From an uncultured Mycoplasmatota bacterium (GTDB lineage Bacteria; Bacillota_I; Bacilli_A; RF39; UBA660), in contig URDT01000002.1 of the NCBI GenBank assembly GCA_900546745.1, positions 466 to 64,465 on the forward strand: 64,000 nucleotides of DNA. The letters are read 5' to 3'. The notes beneath the pieces are model-generated. The model saw only the letters and a list, made by a program, of their open reading frames with translations. It was not told the DNA's origin and did no database searches. Both the position numbers and the translations under genes were made by a program. Below are positions 39,690 through 49,096 of the stretch, piece after piece (the stretch's first letter is position 1; each line of letters starts with the position of its first letter).

Positions 39690-40822
39690 AGGTCTAAAGA
39701 TATTAGAATTAATAAAATTTCTAATTATAATACTTAACTTGATAAGCAAAGATTTTATTGTAAGCATTGTCATCATACTTTTACTGCCAAAACTAACATA
39801 GTTGGATTTCATAAACAAATTTCTAATGATGTTGATTTTTCCATTAGGCAAGACTTAATGAATAAAATTAGTGAAAAAGATATTGCCAAAAGAAATAATG
39901 TTTCTTCTAATAAAGTTAATCATATTATGCATGAATTATCTAGAAAAACCGTATTACCTGGTACTCTTCCTACCGTTATGAACTTTGATGAATTTAAGGC
40001 CACTAAGGATACTATTGGTAAAATGGCTTTTATTATTACTGATACTAGGACTCATAAAACTTTTGATATTTTAGAATCTAGAAAAGCTAATTATTTAAAA
40101 AAATATTTTTTTAGATTTCCTAGAAAACAAAGACTTGCTGTTAAATTTATTATCATTGATTTATTTAAATTTATTTTCCCTAATACTACTATTATATCCG
40201 ATAGATTTCACGTTGTTGCTCAAGCTAATAATGCTTTTAAATGTACTAGAATACAAATTATGAAGAAGGATAAAAAAATTATAAAAAACTTAAAAATTTT
40301 TGGAAATTATTACAAAAGTATGAAGATGATTTAGATAATAAAAAGAAATCATATTCTAATTATTTTAAAAAAGAAATTTCGCAATATGAAATAGTTCAAT
40401 ATTTAATCAATACTAATCCAATTATTAAGGAAACTTATAATATTTATCAAGGTATTATAAAATCTATTAAAAATAAAGATTCTTCTTTGTTTATTAAAAT
40501 AATTGAAGGCTCACATAATAATATTTCTGATTATATGAAAACAACTTTAAAAACCTATAAAAAATTCAAATCAAATATCATCAATTCATTAAAATATGAT
40601 TACAATAACGGATTAATCGAAGGAACTAATAATTTAATTAAATGTATCAAAAGAATTTCGTTTGGTTTTAAATCTTTTAGTCATTTTAAAACTAGAATAT
40701 TACTTGTTACAGGTATTTATAAAATTTCATAATAAAAGATCAAAACTTGCGTTTTGACCTCTTATATTAAATTCATTTATCATTAGTTTTTGATTCCACC
40801 AACACTATTTGACAAAGAACCC
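39690..40822 (+). mobile_element. ISL3-family insertion sequence relic (transposase 5'-truncated and frameshifted; right terminal repeat retained)
   Basis: Zn-finger fragment YCKHCHHTFTAKT (about 39750), DRFHVV, and C-terminal NNGLIEGTNNLIKCIKRISFGFKSFSHFKTRILL. Frame breaks near 39850 and the A-run near 40280. Terminal sequence ..CACTATTTGACAAAGAACCC ends at 40822. No matching left end was found. Confidence 0.75.
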
Positions 40823-41653
40823 TTATTCATAGTCTTCTAAGAAACTTTTATATTGTCCATTTTTCTTTACACCTAATACACAATTTAAATTGACATTATC
40901 TAAGCTTTTAAAAATATTATAATCAATGTTTGGATTTAATTTTCTTAAATTCTTAATTAATTCTTTCATTTCTTTTCTTTTACTTGTTCCATCATTAATT
41001 AAAGAGCATCCCTCTGTAAATCGACAAGCACAATTAATAAATGTCAATTCATTAAATTTTTTCCAAGAAATGATGTCTTCTTCCTTGACTAAATAAAGGG
41101 GCCTAATTAGTTCTAATCCTTCAAAATGATCACTATGTAATTTTGGCATCATCGTCTTAATTTCAGAACCATAAAACATCGATAAAAGAGTTGTCTCTAT
41201 CACATCATCAAAATGATGTCCTAAAGCAATTTTATTACATCCTAATTCTTTTGCTTTACTATATAAATACCCTCTTCTCATTCTTGCACATAAATAGCAA
41301 GGACTTTTATCAATTGTTGCTACAACATCAAAAATATCACTTTGAAACATTTGAATAGGAACATTTAATATTTTCGCGTTATCTAAAATAAATTCTCTAT
41401 TATAATCGTTATATCCTGGATCCATTACTACATAAATTGCTTCAAAAGGAAACTTTCCGTGTCTTTGTAATTCTTGAATACATTTTGCTAAAAGAAAGGA
41501 ATCCTTTCCACCAGATATACAAACCATAATTTTGTCATTCTCTTGAATCATTTCATAATCTTGAACAGCTTTTACAAATTTGCTCCATATTTCTTTTCGA
41601 TATTTTTTTATAATACTTCTTTCAATTTCTTTATATTTTTCCATTTTCCTCAA
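40823..41653 (-). CDS. ttcA: TtcA-family PP-loop tRNA thiolation ATPase
   Basis: SGGKDS PP-loop and CYLCARMRRG plus a second Cys cluster (INCACRF). Confidence 0.65.
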   Translation of the reverse strand: MRKMEKYKEIERSIIKKYRKEIWSKFVKAVQDYEMIQENDKIMVCISGGKDSFLLAKCIQELQRHGKFPFEAIYVVMDPGYNDYNREFILDNAKILNVPIQMFQSDIFDVVATIDKSPCYLCARMRRGYLYSKAKELGCNKIALGHHFDDVIETTLLSMFYGSEIKTMMPKLHSDHFEGLELIRPLYLVKEEDIISWKKFNELTFINCACRFTEGCSLINDGTSKRKEMKELIKNLRKLNPNIDYNIFKSLDNVNLNCVLGVKKNGQYKSFLEDYE

Positions 41654-42764
41654 ACTCCTTCATCATTATATCAAAAATTTCTAAAAATTCATCTATTTCT
41701 TTTTCTTTTGTTAAATGAGAAATACTGATTCGAACGGAAGATGAGGAAATCCCTTTATCATGAGTTAAAGCATAGACTAGTTTAGAAGGAGTTTCAATGG
41801 GACAACAAGATGTTTTGGTAGATACATAGACTTGCTTTTTTTCTAGATATTCTTGAATAGAAAGAGCTTTGATTCCTTTTACACTAAAGTTAAGTGTATG
41901 TGGTATAGAATAATCTGTACTATTGATTCGTACATCAGAGTATATTTTGAAATGTTTTTTTATTTTTTCATTTAAACTTTTTATATACTGATATCTCTCT
42001 TTTGTCTTTTTTAAAGCAATTTCTAATGCTTTATCGCAGGCTATGATATCTGCTAAACAAGGGGTTCCACTACGATAAATAGTCGTAGATTTTCCACCAT
42101 TAATTTGTGGTTTTAATCCAATTATTTTTTTCTTGATTAACATTCCAAAACCATTTAATCCATAAAATTTATGAGGTGTAATGGTAATCAAATCAACATT
42201 TGTATAATCAATATTCACTTTACCAATAGACTGAGATGCATCACTATGAAAATAGCAATGTGGATATTCTTTTAGCATAAGGCCGATGTCTTCTATTGGT
42301 TGTCTCAAGCCAATTTCACTATCTACAGAACAAACACTCACTAGAATGGTATCTTCTCGAATCATTTGTTTTAATGTTTCTACTTCAATAAAACCTTGTT
42401 TATTAACAGGAATTAATTCTACTTCAAAGCCAAGCTCTTGTAAATTTGTTGCAGAAGAAACAATGGAATTATGTTCTAAGCTACTAATTAAAATATGCTT
42501 TCCATAATTTTTATATCGTTCACAAATTCCTTTTAAAGCTAAATTATTAGACTCTGAAGCACCACTAGTATAAATTACTTCTGAATCGTTTAAATTCAAA
42601 TTTTTTAAAATATTAGAAGTACTTTGATCAATCATATTTTTTTCTAATTTTCCTAATTGATGAGAAGAATTAGGATTTGCATAATACTTTTTTGTTGTTT
42701 CATAAAATAAATCTAATACTTGTTGATCTACTGGAGTTCCAGCAGCATAATCTAAATAAATCAT
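41631..42764 (-). CDS. cysteine desulfurase (NifS/IscS-like class V aminotransferase)
   Basis: MIYLDYAATP-like N-terminus, PLP Lys in TPHKFYG, active-site Cys region STKTSCC. ATG 42764 follows a GAGGT RBS. Confidence 0.85.
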   Translation of the reverse strand: MIYLDYAAGTPVDQQVLDLFYETTKKYYANPNSSHQLGKLEKNMIDQSTSNILKNLNLNDSEVIYTSGASESNNLALKGICERYKNYGKHILISSLEHNSIVSSATNLQELGFEVELIPVNKQGFIEVETLKQMIREDTILVSVCSVDSEIGLRQPIEDIGLMLKEYPHCYFHSDASQSIGKVNIDYTNVDLITITPHKFYGLNGFGMLIKKKIIGLKPQINGGKSTTIYRSGTPCLADIIACDKALEIALKKTKERYQYIKSLNEKIKKHFKIYSDVRINSTDYSIPHTLNFSVKGIKALSIQEYLEKKQVYVSTKTSCCPIETPSKLVYALTHDKGISSSSVRISISHLTKEKEIDEFLEIFDIMMKEFEENGKI

Positions 42765-42772
42765 ACTTACCT

Positions 42773-42949
42773 CTATTCTATTGGCCCATTCCAATTTTGA
42801 AATTTTGTTTTGAAACTTTCTACATAGTCTTTACTGATAATAATTTCATCATCTTTGGCTTCTACCATTATAAATTGATTTTCTATTTTTTTAGAACAAC
42901 CTGTTAATAAACTGAAAAATATAATACTCATTAAAATAATTTTTTTCAT
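42773..42949 (-). CDS. 58-aa lipoprotein (not in the ORF track)
   Basis: Hand-translated MKKIILMSIIFFSLLTGCSKK... with lipobox LLTGC. Its ATG overlaps the copZ stop (ATGA). Confidence 0.55.
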   Translation of the reverse strand: MKKIILMSIIFFSLLTGCSKKIENQFIMVEAKDDEIIISKDYVESFKTKFQNWNGPIE

Positions 42950-43176
42950 AATTCACCTATCATTTGATATCCTGATTCATCGATTAATTTTTTAATTTGT
43001 TCTAAGTCTAATGGTTCCTTACTGGAAATAATAGCTTCTTTTTCTTTTAAATTAACTTTTACTTTTTTGACACCTTTTATTGTTAATAAATTTTGCGAAA
43101 CTTTTTTTGCACAGTGTTCACAACTCATTCCTTCTATTTTAATTACTGTATTGATATTTTTTTCAAACATTTTCAT
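42946..43176 (-). CDS. copZ: copper chaperone CopZ
   Basis: HMA fold with GMSCEHCAKKV. Confidence 0.88.
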   Translation of the reverse strand: MKMFEKNINTVIKIEGMSCEHCAKKVSQNLLTIKGVKKVKVNLKEKEAIISSKEPLDLEQIKKLIDESGYQMIGEL

Positions 43177-45346
43177 TCCTCCTCAATTTGATTTTTTTTA
43201 GTCTTAAAGCATTTAGGATAACCGTTAAACTACTCATTGTCATGGCAAATCCTGCAACCATTGGATTCATATTCCAGTTTGGTATGACTCCAATCGCTAG
43301 TGGAATCATACAAATATTATAGAAAAAAGCCCAAAATAAATTTTGTTTTATGTTTTGAATTGTTTTTTTACTAATCATGATTAAATCAAGTAAACTCATT
43401 AAATCGTTATGAATAAGTAAAACATCTGCAGAATTATTTGCAATATCTGTTCCACTAGATACAGAAACCCCAATATTAGAAGTAGCTAAACTTGGAGCGT
43501 CATTGATTCCATCTCCTACCATCATTACCATATTTGTTTTCATAAATTCTTTGATTTTTTTTGTTTTTTCACTAGGCATTACATTTGAATAAAATTCTTG
43601 AATTCCAAGTTCTTTAGAAACGATTTCAGCAGTAGTTTCGTTATCTCCTGTCAACATAACAACTCTCTTTTTTAAATTTGTTAATTTTTTTATAACTTCT
43701 TTGGCATTATCACGAATAATATCTTTTACACCAATTAAAGCAATTACTGTTTCATTTTCAATTACATAAACAATACTATTTCCAGTAGTTTTTAATTTTT
43801 TTTCTTGTTCTAAATATGGATTTTGTAAATTATTTAGTATCTTATAATTTCCTAATTTATAATGGTTATTTTTGACATCTCCAGAGATTCCTATGCCTTC
43901 TAAAGTTTTATAATTTGTTACTTCTAATAATGAACTAGTTTTAAATGCCTTTGCAATTGGATGAGTAGATTTACTTTCTAAGCTAGAAACAATTTGTAAA
44001 AGTGTGTTTTCATCATAGGAGCTATTATTATAAATTTGACTAATCTTTAAAGTTCCATATGTTAAAGTTCCTGTCTTATCAAATACGATAGTATCAACTT
44101 TATGAGCATTTTCTAATACTTCACTCGTTTTTACTAGTATACCATTTTTTGCACACATTCCTTCACTAATGACAATTGCTAGAGGAGTTGCTAAACCTAA
44201 GGCACAAGGACAAGCTACTACTAGCACTGTTACAAAGTGAATAAGACTAGTAGAAATTGAAAATCCAAGTAATAGATAAATGAAAAAAGTAAATATAGCA
44301 ATCAGCATAATACCTGGTACAAAAACACCACTAACTTGATCAGCTAATTTAGAAATTGGTGCTTTTGTATTAGTTGCTTCTACGACTAATTTTACAATTT
44401 CTGAGATGGTAGAATCTTTTCCTATTTTAAGTGCTTTATATTCAATAAAACCATCTAAGTTATAGCTTCCTGCTACTACTTGATCCTCTTCATTTCTTTT
44501 TATTGGAGTGGATTCTCCTGTGATAAAAGATTCATCTAAATGAGCATTTCCTTTTGTAATGATTCCATCCACAGCAATTTTCATACCTGTTTTACAAATT
44601 AGAATATCTCCCTTTTTGATTTCATCTATGGTGACTTCTTTTTCTCCTTGTTCTGTCTTTAAAATTGCTTTATCTGGAGTAATTGTTACCAACTCTTGAA
44701 TTACTTCTTTTGTTTTTTCTTTGCTTTTTGAGTCAATATATCTGCCAAGTTTAATAAAAAATATAATAAGGCAAGCAGATTCAAAGTACAAATTTTCTAC
44801 ATATTTATGATTTCCATTTAAAATCATAATGAGACTAAATACACTATAGAAAAAACTAGATGCTACACCAATCGATACAAGGGTATCCATATTAGGAGTT
44901 TTATGAATAATATTTTTATATCCATTTTTAAAAATATCGAATCCATAAATTAAATATGGAATGGTTAGTAAAAATAAGCAAACAGAATAATGAATAGGAT
45001 GTTTTTGCATATGCAAGAATGGAATTACAGGCAAATGAACCATATGAGACATTGAAATATATAAAACTAATAAAGAAAGAAAAGCAAAAAGTATTAATAC
45101 TATTTTATGATCTTGTTTTTTTTCTATCTTTTGATTATAAATTCCTAAGCTTTTAAATCCTGCTTTTTTAATCATTTGATTGATATCTTGTATCGTTAAA
45201 GAATCCTCATATTCAATTAAAGCTTGGGATAAAACTAAATTGACGGAAGCACTAATTATTTTTTCTTGGTGATTTAAATATTTTTCTAGTCCTGTAGAAC
45301 AAGCACTACAACTCATTCCTTCTATTTTTAAGTAAATCTTTTTCAT
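43163..45346 (-). CDS. copA: copper-translocating P1B-type ATPase
   Basis: N-terminal GMSCSACSTGLE HMA, CPCALGLATP, DKTGTLT, GDGINDAP. Confidence 0.92.
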   Translation of the reverse strand: MKKIYLKIEGMSCSACSTGLEKYLNHQEKIISASVNLVLSQALIEYEDSLTIQDINQMIKKAGFKSLGIYNQKIEKKQDHKIVLILFAFLSLLVLYISMSHMVHLPVIPFLHMQKHPIHYSVCLFLLTIPYLIYGFDIFKNGYKNIIHKTPNMDTLVSIGVASSFFYSVFSLIMILNGNHKYVENLYFESACLIIFFIKLGRYIDSKSKEKTKEVIQELVTITPDKAILKTEQGEKEVTIDEIKKGDILICKTGMKIAVDGIITKGNAHLDESFITGESTPIKRNEEDQVVAGSYNLDGFIEYKALKIGKDSTISEIVKLVVEATNTKAPISKLADQVSGVFVPGIMLIAIFTFFIYLLLGFSISTSLIHFVTVLVVACPCALGLATPLAIVISEGMCAKNGILVKTSEVLENAHKVDTIVFDKTGTLTYGTLKISQIYNNSSYDENTLLQIVSSLESKSTHPIAKAFKTSSLLEVTNYKTLEGIGISGDVKNNHYKLGNYKILNNLQNPYLEQEKKLKTTGNSIVYVIENETVIALIGVKDIIRDNAKEVIKKLTNLKKRVVMLTGDNETTAEIVSKELGIQEFYSNVMPSEKTKKIKEFMKTNMVMMVGDGINDAPSLATSNIGVSVSSGTDIANNSADVLLIHNDLMSLLDLIMISKKTIQNIKQNLFWAFFYNICMIPLAIGVIPNWNMNPMVAGFAMTMSSLTVILNALRLKKIKLRRNENV

Positions 45347-45645
45347 TTTATTTTTCCAAACAAATTAATAATATCATCAATTACTTCTAGATTTCCTTTA
45401 TGAATATCTTCTACCATACAAGATTTCATGTGACTCTTTAATATTTCATTTCCTAAGCTTTTTAAAGCATTTGTCGTAGAAGCAATTTGTAATAATACAT
45501 CATCACAACTGTAGCGATCATATTCTATGATCTGTTGTAATTCGTTTACTTGTCTTGCTATAATTTTTAATCGTCTTGTTAAGTCTTTTTTTTCTTCTTC
45601 TGTTCGATGTTTCGAACGAGTACAATTTTCACAAACTTTTTTCAT
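45343..45645 (-). CDS. csoR: CsoR family copper-sensing repressor
   Basis: RLKIIARQVNELQQII..D..C.DVLLQI...NAL, a DUF156/CsoR pattern with Cys/His ligands. The start (45645 or 45654) is uncertain. Confidence 0.85.
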   Translation of the reverse strand: MKKVCENCTRSKHRTEEEKKDLTRRLKIIARQVNELQQIIEYDRYSCDDVLLQIASTTNALKSLGNEILKSHMKSCMVEDIHKGNLEVIDDIINLFGKIK

Positions 45646-45662
45646 TGATATCACCTGTAGTC

Positions 45663-45692
45663 ATTATAGGGAGTAGAGGGTATCTCTGTCAA
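45663..45692 (-). promoter_or_regulatory. consensus promoter of the csoR-copA operon
   Basis: Minus strand TTGACA, 18-nt spacer, TATAAT. The G/C-rich spacer GATACCCTCTACTCCC is a possible CsoR site. Confidence 0.7.
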
Positions 45693-46004
45693 GAAAAAAT
45701 AATAAAAAAGATTCTATATTTTTTAGAACCTTGTTTTTCTTTTTCAAATGCTTTAAAAAATTATTTTTAATAAAGATCCATTTCTTGAACTAATTGACTA
45801 CTTCCTAATTTAAAAGTTAGGTAACTATCATTTATAAAGTTAGAAGTTAAAGGACTACAAATAATTATAAAAGTATTGAAGAAAATGTTCAATCTAATAT
45901 ACCAAAAGAAATTTTAAGGCTGATAAACCTAATCAAAAATGAATATTTCATACATTTAAAAACCTATAAAATAGAATTAATCTAATTTATAGATTACTTA
46001 ACAT

Positions 46005-46754
46005 TTAATTATTATTATGTTTTTTTACTTTACATATAATAATTATTAATATAATAGAAATTGCAACTATAACATATATACATTTGTTATATTCTTTTTT
46101 TGAATCTTCCAATAATTCAGAGGGTTCTTTTTTATTATCTATCTTATCATTAGTTTGCTTATTATCTGAATTTTCTTTATCAGTTTTAACTTTATCTTCA
46201 TTATTAGGTTTATCTATTTTATTACTAGTATTGTCATTTTCGCCATCATTATCTATTTTTCCATCAGTTTTATTATTTTTGCTATCATTATTACCTACGA
46301 TAGTATTACTAATATTAATTATAGTTGAGTTATCATTTAAGTTTATTTTTTTATCACTTGATGTGGCTGCAGTTATTTGTTTTATTTTAATCTCTGTACT
46401 TCCTTTAATATTATTTTTGATTTTAAATTTAAATGTCACTATATCAGATGGTGTTATTACAGAATCAGATTTTATTAATATTGTGAATTTACCGTTATTT
46501 TCATTATATAAGGGTTCTTTTAATTTATTATTTGCCCTTTTTACTTCTACAAATTCTAATTTAGATGTATCATATTCTATTTTCCCTGTTAAAGCATCAA
46601 TACCTTCATTTGCTTTTTTTACATTCAAAGTAACTATTACATTTTTGTCATTTACACTTGAATTTAATGTTGTATCTATATTACTTAATGCTTTTACATT
46701 TATTGAATAAAATATTAACCCCACAATAATACTTATTAATATATTTTTGCACAT
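46005..46754 (-). CDS. cohesin-like domain protein with Asp/Asn/Lys-rich linker and C-terminal TM anchor
   Basis: Signal peptide, a ~130-aa beta-sandwich with LTGKIEYDTSKLEFVEV and TFKFKIKNN..GSTEIKI cohesin-like strands, a low-complexity linker, and a terminal TM helix. Confidence 0.55.
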   Translation of the reverse strand: MCKNILISIIVGLIFYSINVKALSNIDTTLNSSVNDKNVIVTLNVKKANEGIDALTGKIEYDTSKLEFVEVKRANNKLKEPLYNENNGKFTILIKSDSVITPSDIVTFKFKIKNNIKGSTEIKIKQITAATSSDKKINLNDNSTIINISNTIVGNNDSKNNKTDGKIDNDGENDNTSNKIDKPNNEDKVKTDKENSDNKQTNDKIDNKKEPSELLEDSKKEYNKCIYVIVAISIILIIIICKVKKHNNN

Positions 46755-46781
46755 ATTTTTCCTTTCTTAAGTTAAGATAAC

Positions 46782-49052
46782 TTATTTGTTAATTTTCTTA
46801 TTTAAAATTGATAAATCCACAATATCTATTTTTCCATCTTTATTTAAATCAGCAGCAATTAACCATTTAGAATCAATAATTCTTTGAATTTCGGTTAGAT
46901 GTTTATTTAATATTGTTAAATCTACGATATCAAAAACGCCATCTCCGTTTATATCTCCTTTTATTATTTCTTCTATTTCTTGTTTTTCTTCAATCCATGT
47001 TACTTTTGCTACTATTTCACCAATATTTCCAGCATTATCTCTAATTTTGAATGTATATTCTCCATTTTTAGTAAATATGTATGTTCCATCTGAACCATCA
47101 ATTATTGTAACATTTTTCTTAGATATATTTTTTAATGTTGCTTTTACTTGAAATTGAGTTTCACCTGTAACATCATATTCTACAGTAGCTGTTGGTATTA
47201 TTTTATCTATCCATGTTACTTTTGCTATTAATTCTTTTTCTTCACCATTTACATCTTTATATTTAAATGTGTACATACCATTTTCTGTAAATGTATGGCT
47301 GTTTTTTCCAATAGATGTACAACCATAGGTAAGTTTTATTTTAGCTTCTACATCTTTGTTTGTTATTGAATTTATTGAATATTCAATTTCAGGTTCTTTA
47401 AATTCTTTTGTTGTATCTTCATAGTAATTAAATCTTGTTCCACTTACATACTTATTTGGTCCTTCATGATTTCCATATGTTTCTGTGGCTTCTATTTTAA
47501 CAAATCTTGCTGCAACGGACTCATCTAATTTGATATATTTCCTATTTGTATCATTTGCTAAAACATTTGAATTTTTAACTAAATTCCATTCGACACCATC
47601 TAAACTTGTATAGATTTTTGCTGTTTTAATTCTACCATTTAATCCAGCCGGATCATATGATATTTGTGATAGGTATTTAGCTTTATTAAAGCTTATCACA
47701 TATGTTTTATCTTGTGCTACTTCACCCCATTTAGTATGCCATGAAGTGAATGGACTTCCATCAATCATGTTTTCAGGAGCAAATCCACCTTGGAATGAAC
47801 CAGATTGAATATAATTAATATTTTCTACATAAACGTATTCTAATGTCTTATCATCATTTTTAGTAAAATGATATTCTCTGATTTCTCCATTTAAAGTTGT
47901 ACCATGTGATTTATATCTTACTTTAATTTTTTCTTTTGTTTCAAATCTTTGATTGTTATAATCATTCCACGAAATACCATCATTTGAACTATATTCTAAA
48001 TAATCCGTTTTACCAATAAAAATATTTTCATCATCATTCATATTTAATGTTAGATCATCTACTGTTTCTCCATTTGTAATATCTATAGTAAATATTTGAC
48101 TTGATCCACTAATTTTTACCTTTATGTCATCTTTTGAATTAATACTTTTAACTTGCTTTTTTGTTAATGTTATAACATGATTTAAAGTTGCTATCCATGT
48201 ATTTCCACCATCTAAAGAGTATTGTACTTGGAAATCATAATTATCATATTTTGAATTCATTACAATTTTATTAGCATTTTCACCATCAAATGAGAATGAT
48301 GCAAGATCTACTTTACTTGTTCCTAGTAGAACTTCTGCTATTTCAGCTGTTGCATCAGGTTGTATTGTATCTTTATTTGTTGCTGTTTTTTTAGCATCTG
48401 CAGCTATCTTTAGACTTTCTGTTTTTAACATGTCAATTTCAATTACATCAGTATTATCTAAGTTTGGTTCTATCAATTTTAATAAATCTACCATTGCCAT
48501 TGGATAATAAGTGTAAGCATCTATTATTTTTTTTGCAAGATTTTTCCAATCTGTGCTAGTTTTATTACCAATTTCTTTATAAATTGTAATTAATTTATCG
48601 TAATCATCTAAGTTTATATCTAAAATAGATAACGATTTATTATAAATTTCTTCTTTTTTATTTAAATCAGAATATGAATTAGCAATCAAATAATAAAAGT
48701 AAGATTCTAAATATTTATCATATTCATTTAATGCTGCTTGTCCAAGTAATTGGTATCCAGCACTATTTCCTGCTTTTGAATCATTAGCTGTTTTAACAGT
48801 AAATGATTTATTATTCCAATTAAATAATAAACGTACAACATTACCACCATACCATGATGTCGAACTTTTCCCCCATCCGAAGATATTATTTCCTAATGAC
48901 CAAATTCCTTTTTTATCAGAATTTAACGAATAATTTAAATATGCTTCATGAGCTGGTTGATATACTCCAACAGATGGAATTCCATGTGTTTTTGCTAAGT
49001 TTTGACCTAATCTTGATATATTCCAACATATACCCCCAGCTTCCATTACCAT
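46782..49052 (-). CDS. dockerin-bearing multidomain protein (transglutaminase-like Cys/His core, F5/8 type C domain, Ig-like repeats, type I dockerin); likely the 3' part of a split gene
   Basis: GGICWNISRLGQNLAKTHGIPSVGVYQPAHEAY (Cys...His core), discoidin-like MIDGSPFTSWHTKWG block, and a C-terminal DINGDGVFDIVD ... DLNKDGKIDIVD dockerin duplet. It has no signal peptide of its own. Confidence 0.7.
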   Translation of the reverse strand: MVMEAGGICWNISRLGQNLAKTHGIPSVGVYQPAHEAYLNYSLNSDKKGIWSLGNNIFGWGKSSTSWYGGNVVRLLFNWNNKSFTVKTANDSKAGNSAGYQLLGQAALNEYDKYLESYFYYLIANSYSDLNKKEEIYNKSLSILDINLDDYDKLITIYKEIGNKTSTDWKNLAKKIIDAYTYYPMAMVDLLKLIEPNLDNTDVIEIDMLKTESLKIAADAKKTATNKDTIQPDATAEIAEVLLGTSKVDLASFSFDGENANKIVMNSKYDNYDFQVQYSLDGGNTWIATLNHVITLTKKQVKSINSKDDIKVKISGSSQIFTIDITNGETVDDLTLNMNDDENIFIGKTDYLEYSSNDGISWNDYNNQRFETKEKIKVRYKSHGTTLNGEIREYHFTKNDDKTLEYVYVENINYIQSGSFQGGFAPENMIDGSPFTSWHTKWGEVAQDKTYVISFNKAKYLSQISYDPAGLNGRIKTAKIYTSLDGVEWNLVKNSNVLANDTNRKYIKLDESVAARFVKIEATETYGNHEGPNKYVSGTRFNYYEDTTKEFKEPEIEYSINSITNKDVEAKIKLTYGCTSIGKNSHTFTENGMYTFKYKDVNGEEKELIAKVTWIDKIIPTATVEYDVTGETQFQVKATLKNISKKNVTIIDGSDGTYIFTKNGEYTFKIRDNAGNIGEIVAKVTWIEEKQEIEEIIKGDINGDGVFDIVDLTILNKHLTEIQRIIDSKWLIAADLNKDGKIDIVDLSILNKKINK

Positions 49053-49096
49053 CCATGTTTTTGGAGTTTTTGTTTCATCATCATTTAAGCCATATT

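Noticed and set aside
45669-45686. G/C-rich block GATACCCTCTACTCCC in the csoR promoter spacer as a CsoR operator
   Set aside because: Its position is suggestive, but it is not the clean GC-rich pseudo-palindrome expected for CsoR boxes. It is mentioned but not called as a feature.
46084-46710. 208-aa plus-strand ORF
   Set aside because: It is the antisense frame of the cohesin-like gene and is almost pure Leu/Ser/Phe low complexity.
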